Source: the human T2T-CHM13v2.0 reference genome, Homo sapiens
Assembly (NCBI RefSeq): GCF_009914755.1
Contig: NC_060941.1
Reading direction: 5' to 3' (one strand)
Length of the DNA stretch: 64,000 bases
Shown here piece by piece: positions 15,073 to 29,682 of this stretch. The notes under the pieces were generated by a model, which saw only the letters and a program-made list of their open reading frames with translations, was not told where the DNA came from and ran no database searches. Position 1 is the stretch's first letter. Each line of letters starts with the position of its first letter. Position numbers and translations under genes: made by a program.

Positions 15073-15131
15073 CAAAGAGGAAGGACAGTCTCAGTTTAGT
15101 TAGCCTCAGGAAATTAGCCTCAAGAAATCAA
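15073..15131 (-). other. Candidate cryptic/poison cassette exon (59 nt), 148 nt upstream of exon 5
   Basis: Branch-like ccttaac, tract ccttcttaccacttttcttag, donor TTG|gtaagt; stops in all three frames. Confidence 0.45.
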
Positions 15132-16131
15132 CTAAGAAAAGTGGTAAGAAGGGTTAAGGAAATCTTAAAAGTTACTGACGAGTTCCTTGCCCAAGAAGCA
15201 GTCAGTGGTCTAGTGTGGTCTGGAGAAGAGCTGCTGCTGGGTTTTTAACCATACGTAGCTTAGCCCTAGGGAACTTGCAACCTCCTTCTTTGGAAGTGAA
15301 TCCAACCCATTTCTTCCCAAATCCTCTCGCTAATCCCTGGATGTTTACTGAAGCTTCTTCAGGGTATGACTTTCCTGCCTAGAGGAAAATCAATATATTA
15401 TCTAAATCAGGGCTACCTATTAAATGATGAAAAGAACTCAAAATATCTTTCTCCCCACCACCCAAGTAAGAAAGCTCTGTTTTTCTACAGAACCACTATA
15501 TGAGTTCCTTTCAAGCACAGTACATATGAGAAAACCACTGTCGGTTTTTTCCAAATAAGAAGGTCAAATAATTCTATAAAAGATTACTGAATTTCCAATG
15601 CTTTGTGAGAAGTTTCAATGAACAAGAGTTACAATTTTAATACTAACAGAATTTCAACGAGAAACACATCCTTTGTTGATGCACACAAGATTCCAAATCG
15701 AAGAGCTTTTAGAGGGTGGAAACAAGCCTACTAACGGGTCATCCTGGGTCATTAACTCAAAAGTGTAGAAACTAGAAAGAAATGATACACTAAAGGTTTG
15801 GTGCCTCCTGGAATTCCTACCTCTACTGGTAAGAATGTAAGTTAGAATAAAAACAATGAGCTCATTAATTAAAGTGGGAAAATTTCAGTTTTGCTAAGTA
15901 AGTCTTTAATTCTGTAGTTCATTTTTATTCCAAGAAACTTCAGCCACTTTTGAAATGTGTCTTCACTTAATACAAAGGGTGTGTTCTTCCATTCCTAACA
16001 ATCTAAAAGGACTAGTAAAACTATCCCAATGCCTTCTTAAAAATGAGGTGAAGCAAAGGGGTTGAGAGACTACATTTAGTCAAAGTTGTATGCACAAGGA
16101 AATAAAATTTAAAAACAGAACTTTGATTTAG

Positions 16132-16469
<338 letters not shown>

Positions 16470-17864
16470 TAAATTTTAACACCAAATCTAAGTTTGCGAC
16501 TATGAGCTGCCGGGACAACCAAATGACAAAAATTAAAGTGACTAGTCAGCTACCATGTTTACACCAGTTATTCCCAAATGCTGTTCAGCAACAAAGTTTT
16601 TATAATAAGTCCATGAAAAAAGAGGCGTTATTTATTATTTCCTTAGTGCATAGATAATATAGTACCTATTGTACACATACACATTCCCATATACTATAGA
16701 ACCCTGTTCTTTCTTGAAAATGACTGACCCTTATTTTAAATTACATCTTTTCTTCTTCTTTGATTTTAAAATGCCCTTTCTTTCATTAAATGATGGTGAC
16801 AGTGATAAGTAGCTAGATTTCCTTTTCATATTCATTCTGGACAAAATAAAAAGTTGTCAATCTGATGTTTTCCCCCCATATTTTGTGAACCGAAAATCCA
16901 AGCGGACTAAGAGCTACTAGCTGACTTTTATTTATTTTCTAACATACCTTAATGAGTTAAGCAAAAGGTGACTGGGAATTTAATGACTGAATATAATGGA
17001 AAGCTCTCTAACTCAAAATGCAAAGACAACCAGGAAGATGATATACAGACTTCATAAGACTCCCTCACACTAATAGAAATCAAAATATAAGCCATTCATT
17101 TTCACACATAACAAATATTGAAAAAGTTTAAAACTATTGGGGGAGGGAGTCTTCTATGAATCCAAATTTTACTTTCCAAAAAGTAAACAAAATCAGTTGA
17201 CAAAATCTACAATCAACAGTCAACAAAATCTACAACCCAAATTGCAAATAGAATTCCCACCTTTTTAATTTGCTTGTATCAATCATTCAGAAACTACTCT
17301 ACAGGGAGGGGAGATCTCTTCAGAGACTGACAGCTATCTGTCAAGTGGGTCAATGATGCTCTAGGTTACAATGTTCCAACTCTGAAAAAATAATTACTAC
17401 ATACTCCTCCCCTTACTTTACTTACAAATTACATACAGTTGGGGTAAGGGAGAGAAGGACGCATAATTAGGCAAGTTCATGAGAATCCTACTTTTGAAAA
17501 GAAACCCTGAAAGGTAAACATTAGTCCAGTACTATGTTGGCATGCATTAAATGCTTCAAACTCACAGAAGAAGGAAAAAAATGAGATACACGTGGAAAAC
17601 TATCAAGTGGCAGATTTATACCTGCAGACCAAAACATCTGCTATTACTTGTCTAGAAAACGAAGCTATCAACAACTATCAGAATTCTTTTTTCTTAATTG
17701 CCCTACTTCCATATATCCATTTTTGAGTTGGTTATTAAATGTTAGCTTATGTATATAAATAATTTTACAACTACATTTTTGGAACAGCTTTTTGGCTATA
17801 TTCACATTTGATACAACTAATTAGTAAAATCTGCTTTATATATAAAGGCAGATAAAAGAAAAAG

Positions 17865-18070
17865 TACATTTGTTGAACACTCACCACGTGGTGGGTACTG
17901 AGCTAGATGACTTATTTACATTATCGCATTTAATCCTTATCAAGAAACAGGGATTATTTTTCCAATTTTTCAGAGTAGGAAAAGTGATGCTCAGAGATTT
18001 TAGGCACTAGTAATTGGCAGAGTTTCGATTCAAAGCCAGTACTGTTCAATTCCAAGCCCTTTGCTTTCCT
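17865..18070 (-). mobile_element. MIR
   Basis: CATTTAATCCTT..TATTTTTCCAATTTT..GATGCTCAGAGA core. Confidence 0.6.
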
Positions 18071-19772
18071 TGGAACTTCCTACTTGGAACTACCAACTTT
18101 TTGACAATTTAATCTTAATATCAAAGACTTTGATATCTTTATTTAATCAGATCAGTAGCAATTTTTGTGGTAAAGAACTTTAAAATTTTAATTATAAGGT
18201 ATTTTAGCTGTAGCTAAAACAATTTCTGCTAAAAATGGACACATATAAGTAACTGAAAATTATTTACTCAAGTAATTTACCATATATCTTACAACTATAA
18301 TTAAATACAAAATAATAAAATCACTTGATTTTTAAAACCACCCAACGGGGTAAGTCCCATCAGGAGAGAAAACTCAGGCAGAGAGATTAAGCAACTTGCC
18401 AAAGCTCCTACGGCCACGTGCAATAGAGCATTTGCACCCAGGCAGTTCAATTCCAAAGCCTTGTTGTACCCACTTGCAGGCGCCGCACAGCAGCTCACGG
18501 CACTGCCCTCTCAAATGAAGCCTAAACCCAAGACATCCCCTTAACATTAGTCTTATATTAATATTCTACATATTCTTAAATTCAGTTGCTTTTAATTTCT
18601 TCAAAGCCTAAATATACAGATACACGTACACAAATATTTTATGTACTAATATATATACAAGTAGTAAGATTATTCCCAATTTTTATAAATCAGGAAAGAA
18701 AATAAAAGACCAAGTATCTAGTTTTAAGTCATTGATGAAATTTAATTTCTGGGCTTTCAACTAATATTAAACTTGAACTGACCTATGAATAAAAAGAAAC
18801 ACATTAAGGGAAGTTACTACTTTAATTCTTCTTAATTTATCTAAATCTACAATTAGGGTTTAAATATTTTATAAACATTTAAATAATAAATAAAAACTAT
18901 ATACTATGAACTTTCATTTAAAACCATGCACAAAGCAGAAATCTGAACAAATCAGAGACTGCTAGTCTGACGGTTTAGAAAACAAAAGAAACCACAACCT
19001 TAAGCCTCTAAAATACAGAAGATGGCTCTTACAGGGTGTAAGTAGAGTGAGCAACAGTAAAGCTACAGAGATTAATGACTACCCCCACAAGCAGGCATGG
19101 ATATTTGTCACCCAAGACTACAAAGAAAAGAAAGGGCAACATCTGACAAAACAATAGTGAATAGGCTTTGTAAAGCTTTCACAACTTTGATGTGTAAATA
19201 ATGGGGAAAAAGGCATTCCTTAACCTAAAAGTCTTAAATTTTTTCACTTTAAAACATATTTTGTTTTAGGAGGAAAATATTTAAATTGTCAGTTCCCATG
19301 AGATATTATCAAAAATTACAAAAATGATACCTGAAACTCTATCATTCAAAGGATAATTAAAACAAAATAAGCTTACGGCCTGTATCTAACTGACTGCAAG
19401 TCCAAGCATAAAAGATATTTGTCCCTAAATGCTCAGAAGCTAAATGCAGAGGTTGTATAAACTTGGAGCCGGTGCTCTACTCTTGCTCTTCTTTTACTTT
19501 GAACATTCTGCTTAAAACAAGACCACACTGACCTTGTACTTGTGTGTAAGTACAATATGAAAATCCTTTTCTTTAGTTAGTGGTTTCCAAACATAAAGCT
19601 ATAATCCTAACTGATGGTCTATAAATTACTATAAATTAGAATCAAAAATCCTAGCTTCAGGCCATTTTCCATTGTTTCAATCTGCAACAGAAATTGTTAC
19701 AAAGCAGACCCGTTGAGCTAAAAATTTAATAAAAACCAGCTAAGCAGGGGCTTCTAAGAGAGATGGGAGTAC

Positions 19773-19933
19773 CTGAGTATCCTTGGTAGGTTCTGCGTCA
19801 GAGCTGGCACACCGGTAGAAATAGAAAAGTGCACAAGCAGCAAAACAGAGAGAGATACTAAGATAGCAGAATTAATGACCACCGCCCCGCCAACAAAGCC
19901 AAACACAAACAGCAGCATGCATCCAGGACTCAT
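19773..19933 (-). CDS. SPAG9: SPAG9 alternative first coding exon (161 nt CDS): MSPGCMLLFVFGFVGGAVVINSAILVSLSVLLLVHFSISTGVPALTQNLPRIL(R), hydrophobic N-terminus
   Basis: GCC-ATG start, in-frame upstream TGA at 20048-20050, phase-2 donor CAG|gtactc compatible with exon 5; matches my recollection of an alternative JIP4 N-terminus. Confidence 0.85.
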
Positions 19934-19949
19934 GGCGCTGTGCTGGCAT
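19872..19949 (-). other. Out-of-frame uORF (25 aa, MPAQRHESWMHAAVCVWLCWRGGGH) overlapping the alternative start
   Basis: ACC-ATG 16 nt upstream of the main ATG, TAA at 19872-19874. Confidence 0.5.
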
Positions 19950-20090
19950 GGTGAAACACCCGAACCAAGGAGGCCTACACGGGGGCCAAAGGGGTATCTT
20001 TGTAGTGAGGATCTGTCATTCAGCTTGCTGCCACAAAAACAATGCCATCAGCAGCAGCTTTCCACTCCATCCTGCAGCAGCTCCCAAGCG

Positions 20091-20100
20091 ATGACGTCAT
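20091..20100. promoter_or_regulatory. Full palindromic CRE (ATGACGTCAT) about 160 bp upstream of the alternative-exon ATG
   Basis: Perfect TGACGTCA with intact CpG in otherwise CpG-depleted DNA, next to an alternative first exon. Confidence 0.55.
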
Positions 20101-20647
20101 TCCGTTCTCCCCACCTCATAACCATAGAGCTGCTGCTCCTAGCATTTATGCAGCAACCCCAAGCGACAGCCAGCCTATTAACTATTTTCCCCTCCACTAA
20201 GAGTCCTGGCTTAGCTCATTGGCTACAATGCCTGAAGATCTACATAATTTATTCACACTCCTACACCAAACAGATGGCTAGCTAACCCTTTCAAACATGC
20301 CTCTCTGTAACAAAAAGGACTTCAAACCAATTACACGGGAGAAATAAAATATTTCAGCATTCCCATAAATTACAAAATTTTAAACCTAGTATAATCTCCA
20401 TCAAGTATCAGAAAACAATCTAAATACTCAATGTGCTGCTTATATGGATGGCTCATAATTTATCTTTTTAATGGTAAAAACCGTTTCTACTTTTCTGTGC
20501 TATTCTCTCCTGCAGCATTCCAACCACAGTGGAGAGCTTTTTGAATCAGCCTAACTATTGTTCCAGGATTAAAGAACAGAGAAAAACAGAAACAAACATA
20601 TTATTTATTTTACTTTTTCTCAAGGCAAAATATATAACAAAGCTTAC

Positions 20648-20742
20648 CTAATTCTACTATGAGCTGTGGATTCTAGTTGATCACTCCCTGAGAGCTGATG
20701 AAGTTTTGTTCTTTCTAAATGTTCCATATAATTATGGATCAT
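20648..20742 (-). CDS. SPAG9: SPAG9 coding exon 4 (95 nt, phase 0 to 2): MIHNYMEHLERTKLHQLSGSDQLESTAHSRI(R)
   Basis: Acceptor ttctttctttaaaatag|ATG, donor AG|gtaagc; in frame. Confidence 0.96.
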
Positions 20743-22372
20743 CTATTTTAAAGAAAGAAAAAAATACACAATATTTAAGGCTAATACCTGGAATAAAATC
20801 ATAGTGTTATAACAAGGAAAACATTTTGGTACAATTTTCTTATCTATCAGACTACTTGATTCCAAGTAAGAGAATATTAAGGAATGAAAAAAATTTTAAG
20901 GGAAAGTAATATGCAAATGCTTACATTTAAGGATGCTGGTGTCCACAAAAGTAGCTAATATCTTGCTTAGGATGGCAAAAAAAAAAAAAAAACCCACTTT
21001 TTTTACAATATGTGATGCTATTAAAATAATATTGATATAAAGAACACAAATTAGTAAACAGACACTGGGAAAGAAGTCATAAAAGACCATTGGTTAAAAA
21101 TAATAGATGGCATTTGAGAAAGCCATTCACTAAAATGAGACACAACAAAGAAATTAATGTGAAACTTCTGAAGAAACCATATCCTTATGTGCTGATCTCT
21201 TCCATTTTAAAAGGAATTAACAGAATAAAGATCACTTTCAATTTAATTAATTTAATACCAAGAAAAGTTTCTTCTTTCGGTATATTTAGTTGAAAGAATG
21301 TTAAAATACTTTCTCCTTTGACTGTTACTGGTATCATTACTTGGTATAATCATCTATTATAACAGCAGCAAATTAATACAAATGTAAAAAATTAGAATAC
21401 TTTTTGAGTCTTAGATAAGGAATCATATGACAGACAAGCTGAATATGAAAGTAAAAACTTCAAGAATATAAAGTACATAAACTGCCAAGAACTTCTAATG
21501 TCCTATTTGATTCTTGATAATATATAGTTTCACTTTTAAAAAGCCTAAATTTGGAATTAAGACATAAAATCAAAAGGCCTTTGCTAGAGATACTAACATG
21601 ATATGAATAAGAAAAAAATGAATTTTAAAAAACAAGAAATAGTGTGTTAGTATTTAAAGGGTGTAAATATTAAGAGGCAAGCAAAGGTTGATGTCTTTCT
21701 TGGGAATATTACTTGAATTCTTTTTTTTTTTAATGTCCCTTCTCACCATTCCTAAGGAATATTACTTGAATTCTTAACGCTGTACATAGAATAGCTTTGG
21801 AAGTCACTAAACTTTAGCTGTATTAAGATGCATTTCAATCTCTTTATAACTTAAAATATGCACTGTAGCATATTAAGTAACAAAATAAAATTTTTAAAAA
21901 GTTTAAATTCACTTTACAAAGCTTGCTTTTGTTGTAGAAATTTTATTTGGCATGTACAAATATTAGGAAATGTAAGTTAATTTTAAGATGTTATTTATCA
22001 TCAAATAAACAAAAAGCTGAACTCTGATGCATGAAATAAAACAAATTAACCAGACTGTTCCTCAATGAAGACTAGTCCAAACAACAAATGTTATCCACAA
22101 AGAATGAAAACAGAATCACATGAATATAGTATCTTAAAATTTTTTAATTGACATACTTTTTATTTTAAATTTATAGATTTTACCACCATTTACACAACAG
22201 TTTTGGAGAAATACACCTTTCATCTATCAGCAAGTCAGAAATAATGAGCTTCCTTGTGTCAGGAAGAATTTTCAGGAACAAAAATCAAACTGAAACTAAT
22301 ATAACAAAGTGACTGTCAGGCTTAATCAATCTCAATTTAAATTTTCAAAAGGTTTTAGAAGGCCTAAATTAA

Positions 22373-23171
22373 GGCTTTGCAGTGGCTCACGCCTGTAATC
22401 CCAGCACTTTGGGAGGTAGGAGGTTTGCTTGAGGCCAGGAATTTGAGATCAGCCTGGGCAACACAGCAAGACACCAGCTCTAGAAAAAAAAATACAACAA
22501 CTAGCAGGCACTCGCCTATAGTCCCTACTGCTCAGGAGGCAGAAGTGGGAGAACTGCTTGGACCCAGAAGTTCAAGGCTGCAGTGAGCTATGATCATGCC
22601 ACTGCACTCCAGCCTGGGCAACAGAATGAGACCCCTCAAAAAAAAAAACCACTTTAAAAATAAAAGAGGTCAGGTGCAGTAGCTAATGCCTGTAATCCCA
22701 GCACTTTGGGAGGCTGAGGTGGGAGGACTGCTTGAGCCCAGGAGTTTGAGACCAACCTGAGCAACACAGGGAGACCCTGTCTCTACAAAAAAATTTTTAA
22801 AAATTAGCTGGGTATTTTGGGATGCGCCTGTAGTACCAGCTACTTGGGAGGCTGAGGTGGGAAGATCGTTTGAGCCAGGGAGATCAAAACTGCAGTGAAC
22901 CATGAGTCTCACTCTGTCGCCCAGGCTGGAGTACAGTGGCGCGATCTCGGCTTATTGCAATCTCTGCCTCCCACATTCAAGCGATTCTGCCTCCCAAGTA
23001 GCTGGGTACTACAGGTGCCCGCCACCACACCCAGCTAATTTCTGTATTTTTAGTAGAGACGGGGTTTCACCATGTTGGCCAGGCTGGTCTCAAACTCCTG
23101 ACCTCAAGTGATCCACCCGCCTTGGCCTCCCAAAGTGTTGGGATTACAGGTGTGAGCCACGGCGCCCATCC
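22373..23171. mobile_element. Alu cluster: AluJ+ (22373-22648), 3'-truncated AluJ+ (22668-22905) fused to tailless AluS- (22905-23171)
   Basis: Alu consensus matches; strand switch at ...GAACCATGA|GTCTCACTCTG. Confidence 0.9.
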
Positions 23172-24200
23172 GTGAATTCTTATATACACTGGATAGTAAA
23201 GTAATTGTATGTATGGGATTGATTTGTTCAAATGGAGGACCTAAGTTTCCTTAAGCATTCAGATGAAGAAAACAAACTCACCCCAGATTGCTGTATAGTA
23301 ATCTATGAACTCAATATAGAAAAAGAATGACAAGCAAAATGCAAAAATAGTTCTCCCCCAATAGCCATTCTACAGACTGATTCTCTATTATCTTATTCTA
23401 AACTTTCTTTTAATGACTAGTCCAATGTAATTACAGATATAGTATTCTGACATTCCAAAATTATCTATATAATGAAATCAATTCTAACTCAACCAAACTA
23501 GCACTTTAAAGGAAAGAACTGACAACCAAAAATGACTGAGGGGGAAAAGAAAAGAGAGAACAATAACAACAAAATGGCAGCTATTATTTATTGAGCACCA
23601 ATTATAAGTCAGTCAGTGCAGTTACAGCCATTTTTTCTCCATTTAATCCTCACCATATCATGATTTCATAGGTAAACTCCAAGTTGATTGTCTGGTCAAT
23701 GACTAACTTTTCAAGTTGTCACTAGCTTTGGGGCCAGAACTCTGGCCTGCCTGACTCAGTCATCTGAGTTATTAAGAATTACAGGACTCAGGCCGCCTTT
23801 GTACTTAATTCTCTGAGCAGGCAATGAGCCCATTGTCCTTTCTTCCTCATACCCACAAGAAAATCCCATACCCTAAAGCATTTCCTGATGTCTGGAATAA
23901 AATGATATGCACTATAGTCTATAAACACACAAAAAAGAACAAAAATTATACATAACAATTTAAATATTAATAAGGCCTCACAGTATCACTCAGGTTAAAA
24001 AAAAAAAAAGTGAGTGGGAGGGAGCACCAGTGTTGTTAGACAGAAAAGAGAAGTGAGAAAGTAAAATAGGACACGCTTCAGATAATCTATTCTTGGGTCC
24101 ACCAGGTCCATTGCTTCTGGTCTCAGAACTGCAATTCTCAATTTTCTCAGGTATGCATATTAATTCACACATTCAGGAGTCAATTCAGCAATAAACAACT

Positions 24201-24360
24201 GAAGAGAGAGAGAAAAAGAGAGGAAGGAAGAAAGGAAAGAACGAAGGGAGGGAGGAAAGGGAAGGAAGGAAAGAAAGAAAAGAAAGGAAGAAAGAGAATT
24301 TAAAAATAAAAAAAAAACAAAAAGAAAAAGAAAGAAGGGAGGGAGGGAGGGAAAAGAAAA
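24201..24360. repeat. Purine-rich (GGAA/GAAA/GGGA) low-complexity tract
   Basis: Read directly. Confidence 0.9.
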
Positions 24361-24387
24361 ATGTCTAGTGGAACTAAAGGTGTAGTG

Positions 24388-25031
<644 letters not shown>

Positions 25032-26050
25032 TCAAATCTAGTCACTAACTAGCCTAGAATTTGGGGCAAATCATTTTATAGACTCTTTCTAAACCTCAAT
25101 CTGTAAAATGGGAATGGATGAGAATTTGGTCAAAGGATAAAATGAGAATGCATTCAAACACTCCCTGATGTGAGACTCTCCCAAGATTCCAAAGGGCTAA
25201 AGTTTTTGGTGATTAGCATACACATGTGGGCCCGAGTGCTTCAAAATTGTCCTTTATATTTCTTCCACTGCCCTCTTTAAGGCATGTCTTTTAAGCAAAT
25301 TCAGTAATGTATACAAAAATTTGATTTAAGAATAGTTGACTATTTAAATTTAAGAATAGTTATTCTTAAATCAAATTTTAAAAAGCCACGGTAGGTTTCC
25401 CTTAAGCAACAATGAATGTGTTTCATAAAAGTGCTAAACAACTATTAAAAGACATTATCTTCTTTGGAAATAATAGTGAAAAGGTTAAGGTTAAACCCCT
25501 TCAGGCTTCCTTTCCCTGAATGTTTTCAGAGTTTATGTTTTAAGGGCGCCTAGTTCTTTGGCTTTAGATAGCTATTTATAATTGCTAATTGAATGACATC
25601 TCTAGAACAGATGTATAAACAGAAAAAATTGTGGGCTAGAGCAGAACAGACCCACATTTCAAAGCAGCCCTATATATGTTACATAAACCTTCCTTCCTTG
25701 AGGCAAAACAAAATATAGGGAGCCTATCAGGTCAGAGGATAGAAGCTGCTCATAACTGAGGGAGGAGATCTATGAAAAGAGCTTTTGGGCGGCGTGGGAA
25801 ATCTGCCTTGGTTACTGGACAGACCTAGCTCTCTGACTTGGTAATTAAAATTTTTCCTGAGATCTTTTTTTCTTCCTAGACTATCTTTTCCTCAAGGAAT
25901 AGAAATAGACAAAAAAAAAAAAGTATATGTTTTCATTTAAAATTAGTATGTCAGGCTTCTTTATAGAAGCGTATCTTCACCTTTATTAAATATATGGAAA
26001 AAATATGAAATTTCACTTTACCGTTATTTTTAAAGAATGTATATATTTTA

Positions 26051-28622
<2,572 letters not shown>

Positions 28623-29682
28623 CTCACACACACACACACACAAGCAACAACAGAATATAGCTACAATATAATAATGTAAATACAATCTTTGTAGCATTAA
28701 TATGCTTACTGTATACAGAATACAATCTGTGTGGATATTCTCCAAAACATGATTTTAAATTGTTTTATGATTATAGATTATAAAGGTTTTTATACTCTTC
28801 TAAAGAAAAACAACAACATAGTTTCTACCAGACGCAGGATAAGAGATCACACAAACTAGGGAGAAAAAAAAACAAACAAAAAAACGGGCTAAGACTGGAA
28901 CCATATGTATCATGGGAAATATAGGACTAGCAAGGGGAAAGAGAGAGGAATTATTTTTTTCATGTAACAAATATTGTATAAAACTATAAAAATTATATTT
29001 ATCTGGGTATGTGAACCCCAGACTGACCATGACATACAAAAATAATTTTCACATTAAGATAACAGAAACAAAAGCAACATGAAAGGCTGACAGGGAATCA
29101 TAAAAAGGTTAAAAAACCCTCAAGTACATTTTCTAATTTCCTTTGAGGAGACTGTGCTGAAACTGTTAATTTAAAATACTGAAAACTCATGCAAAAAACC
29201 TACTTTTGAGTTATTTTAACACATTATAATTTGTGCTTATATTATTTGTTATGAGCTTAATGCAAATAAGTCCTTTACAATGGATAATAGATGTAGAGAC
29301 CCTTTACCAATAACTTACCAATCCATAATTTCCAAACTCATAAAAAAACAAATCAGTTCTCTCATCTAAGCATCACAGAAACTTCATTATGTGCACATAG
29401 GTTTTTGCTTAGCCAGCCAAGGAGAGAAGTACTATAGCTGCCTTAAATAACTAAATTATTCTGTAGCATACTAATTCACCCCATGAAAAGCTAATTCCAA
29501 GAAAAGTTGACATTTGGTAACTAGGTAAATGCCACATGAAATTTAATGTTTTCTTGAAAGAATCCCCAAGAATTATTCTTTTTTAAAAAATTCTGATTTT
29601 CAAAGAAAAATTAAGACATATTTTCTAAGGTTCATTTCTTTGTCTCAATAATAGCATGGTAATGAAAAACCTAGAAACCCAC

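Noticed and set aside
14982-15248. 88-aa plus-strand ORF
   Set aside because: No recognisable homology; antisense to the exon 5 acceptor region and candidate poison exon
19875-20285. 136-aa plus-strand ORF
   Set aside because: Antisense shadow of the GC-richer alternative first exon and promoter; no recognisable protein or splice context
20464-20494. Resemblance to half of a MADE1 MITE
   Set aside because: Short AT-rich partial match with no second arm; cannot be distinguished from chance
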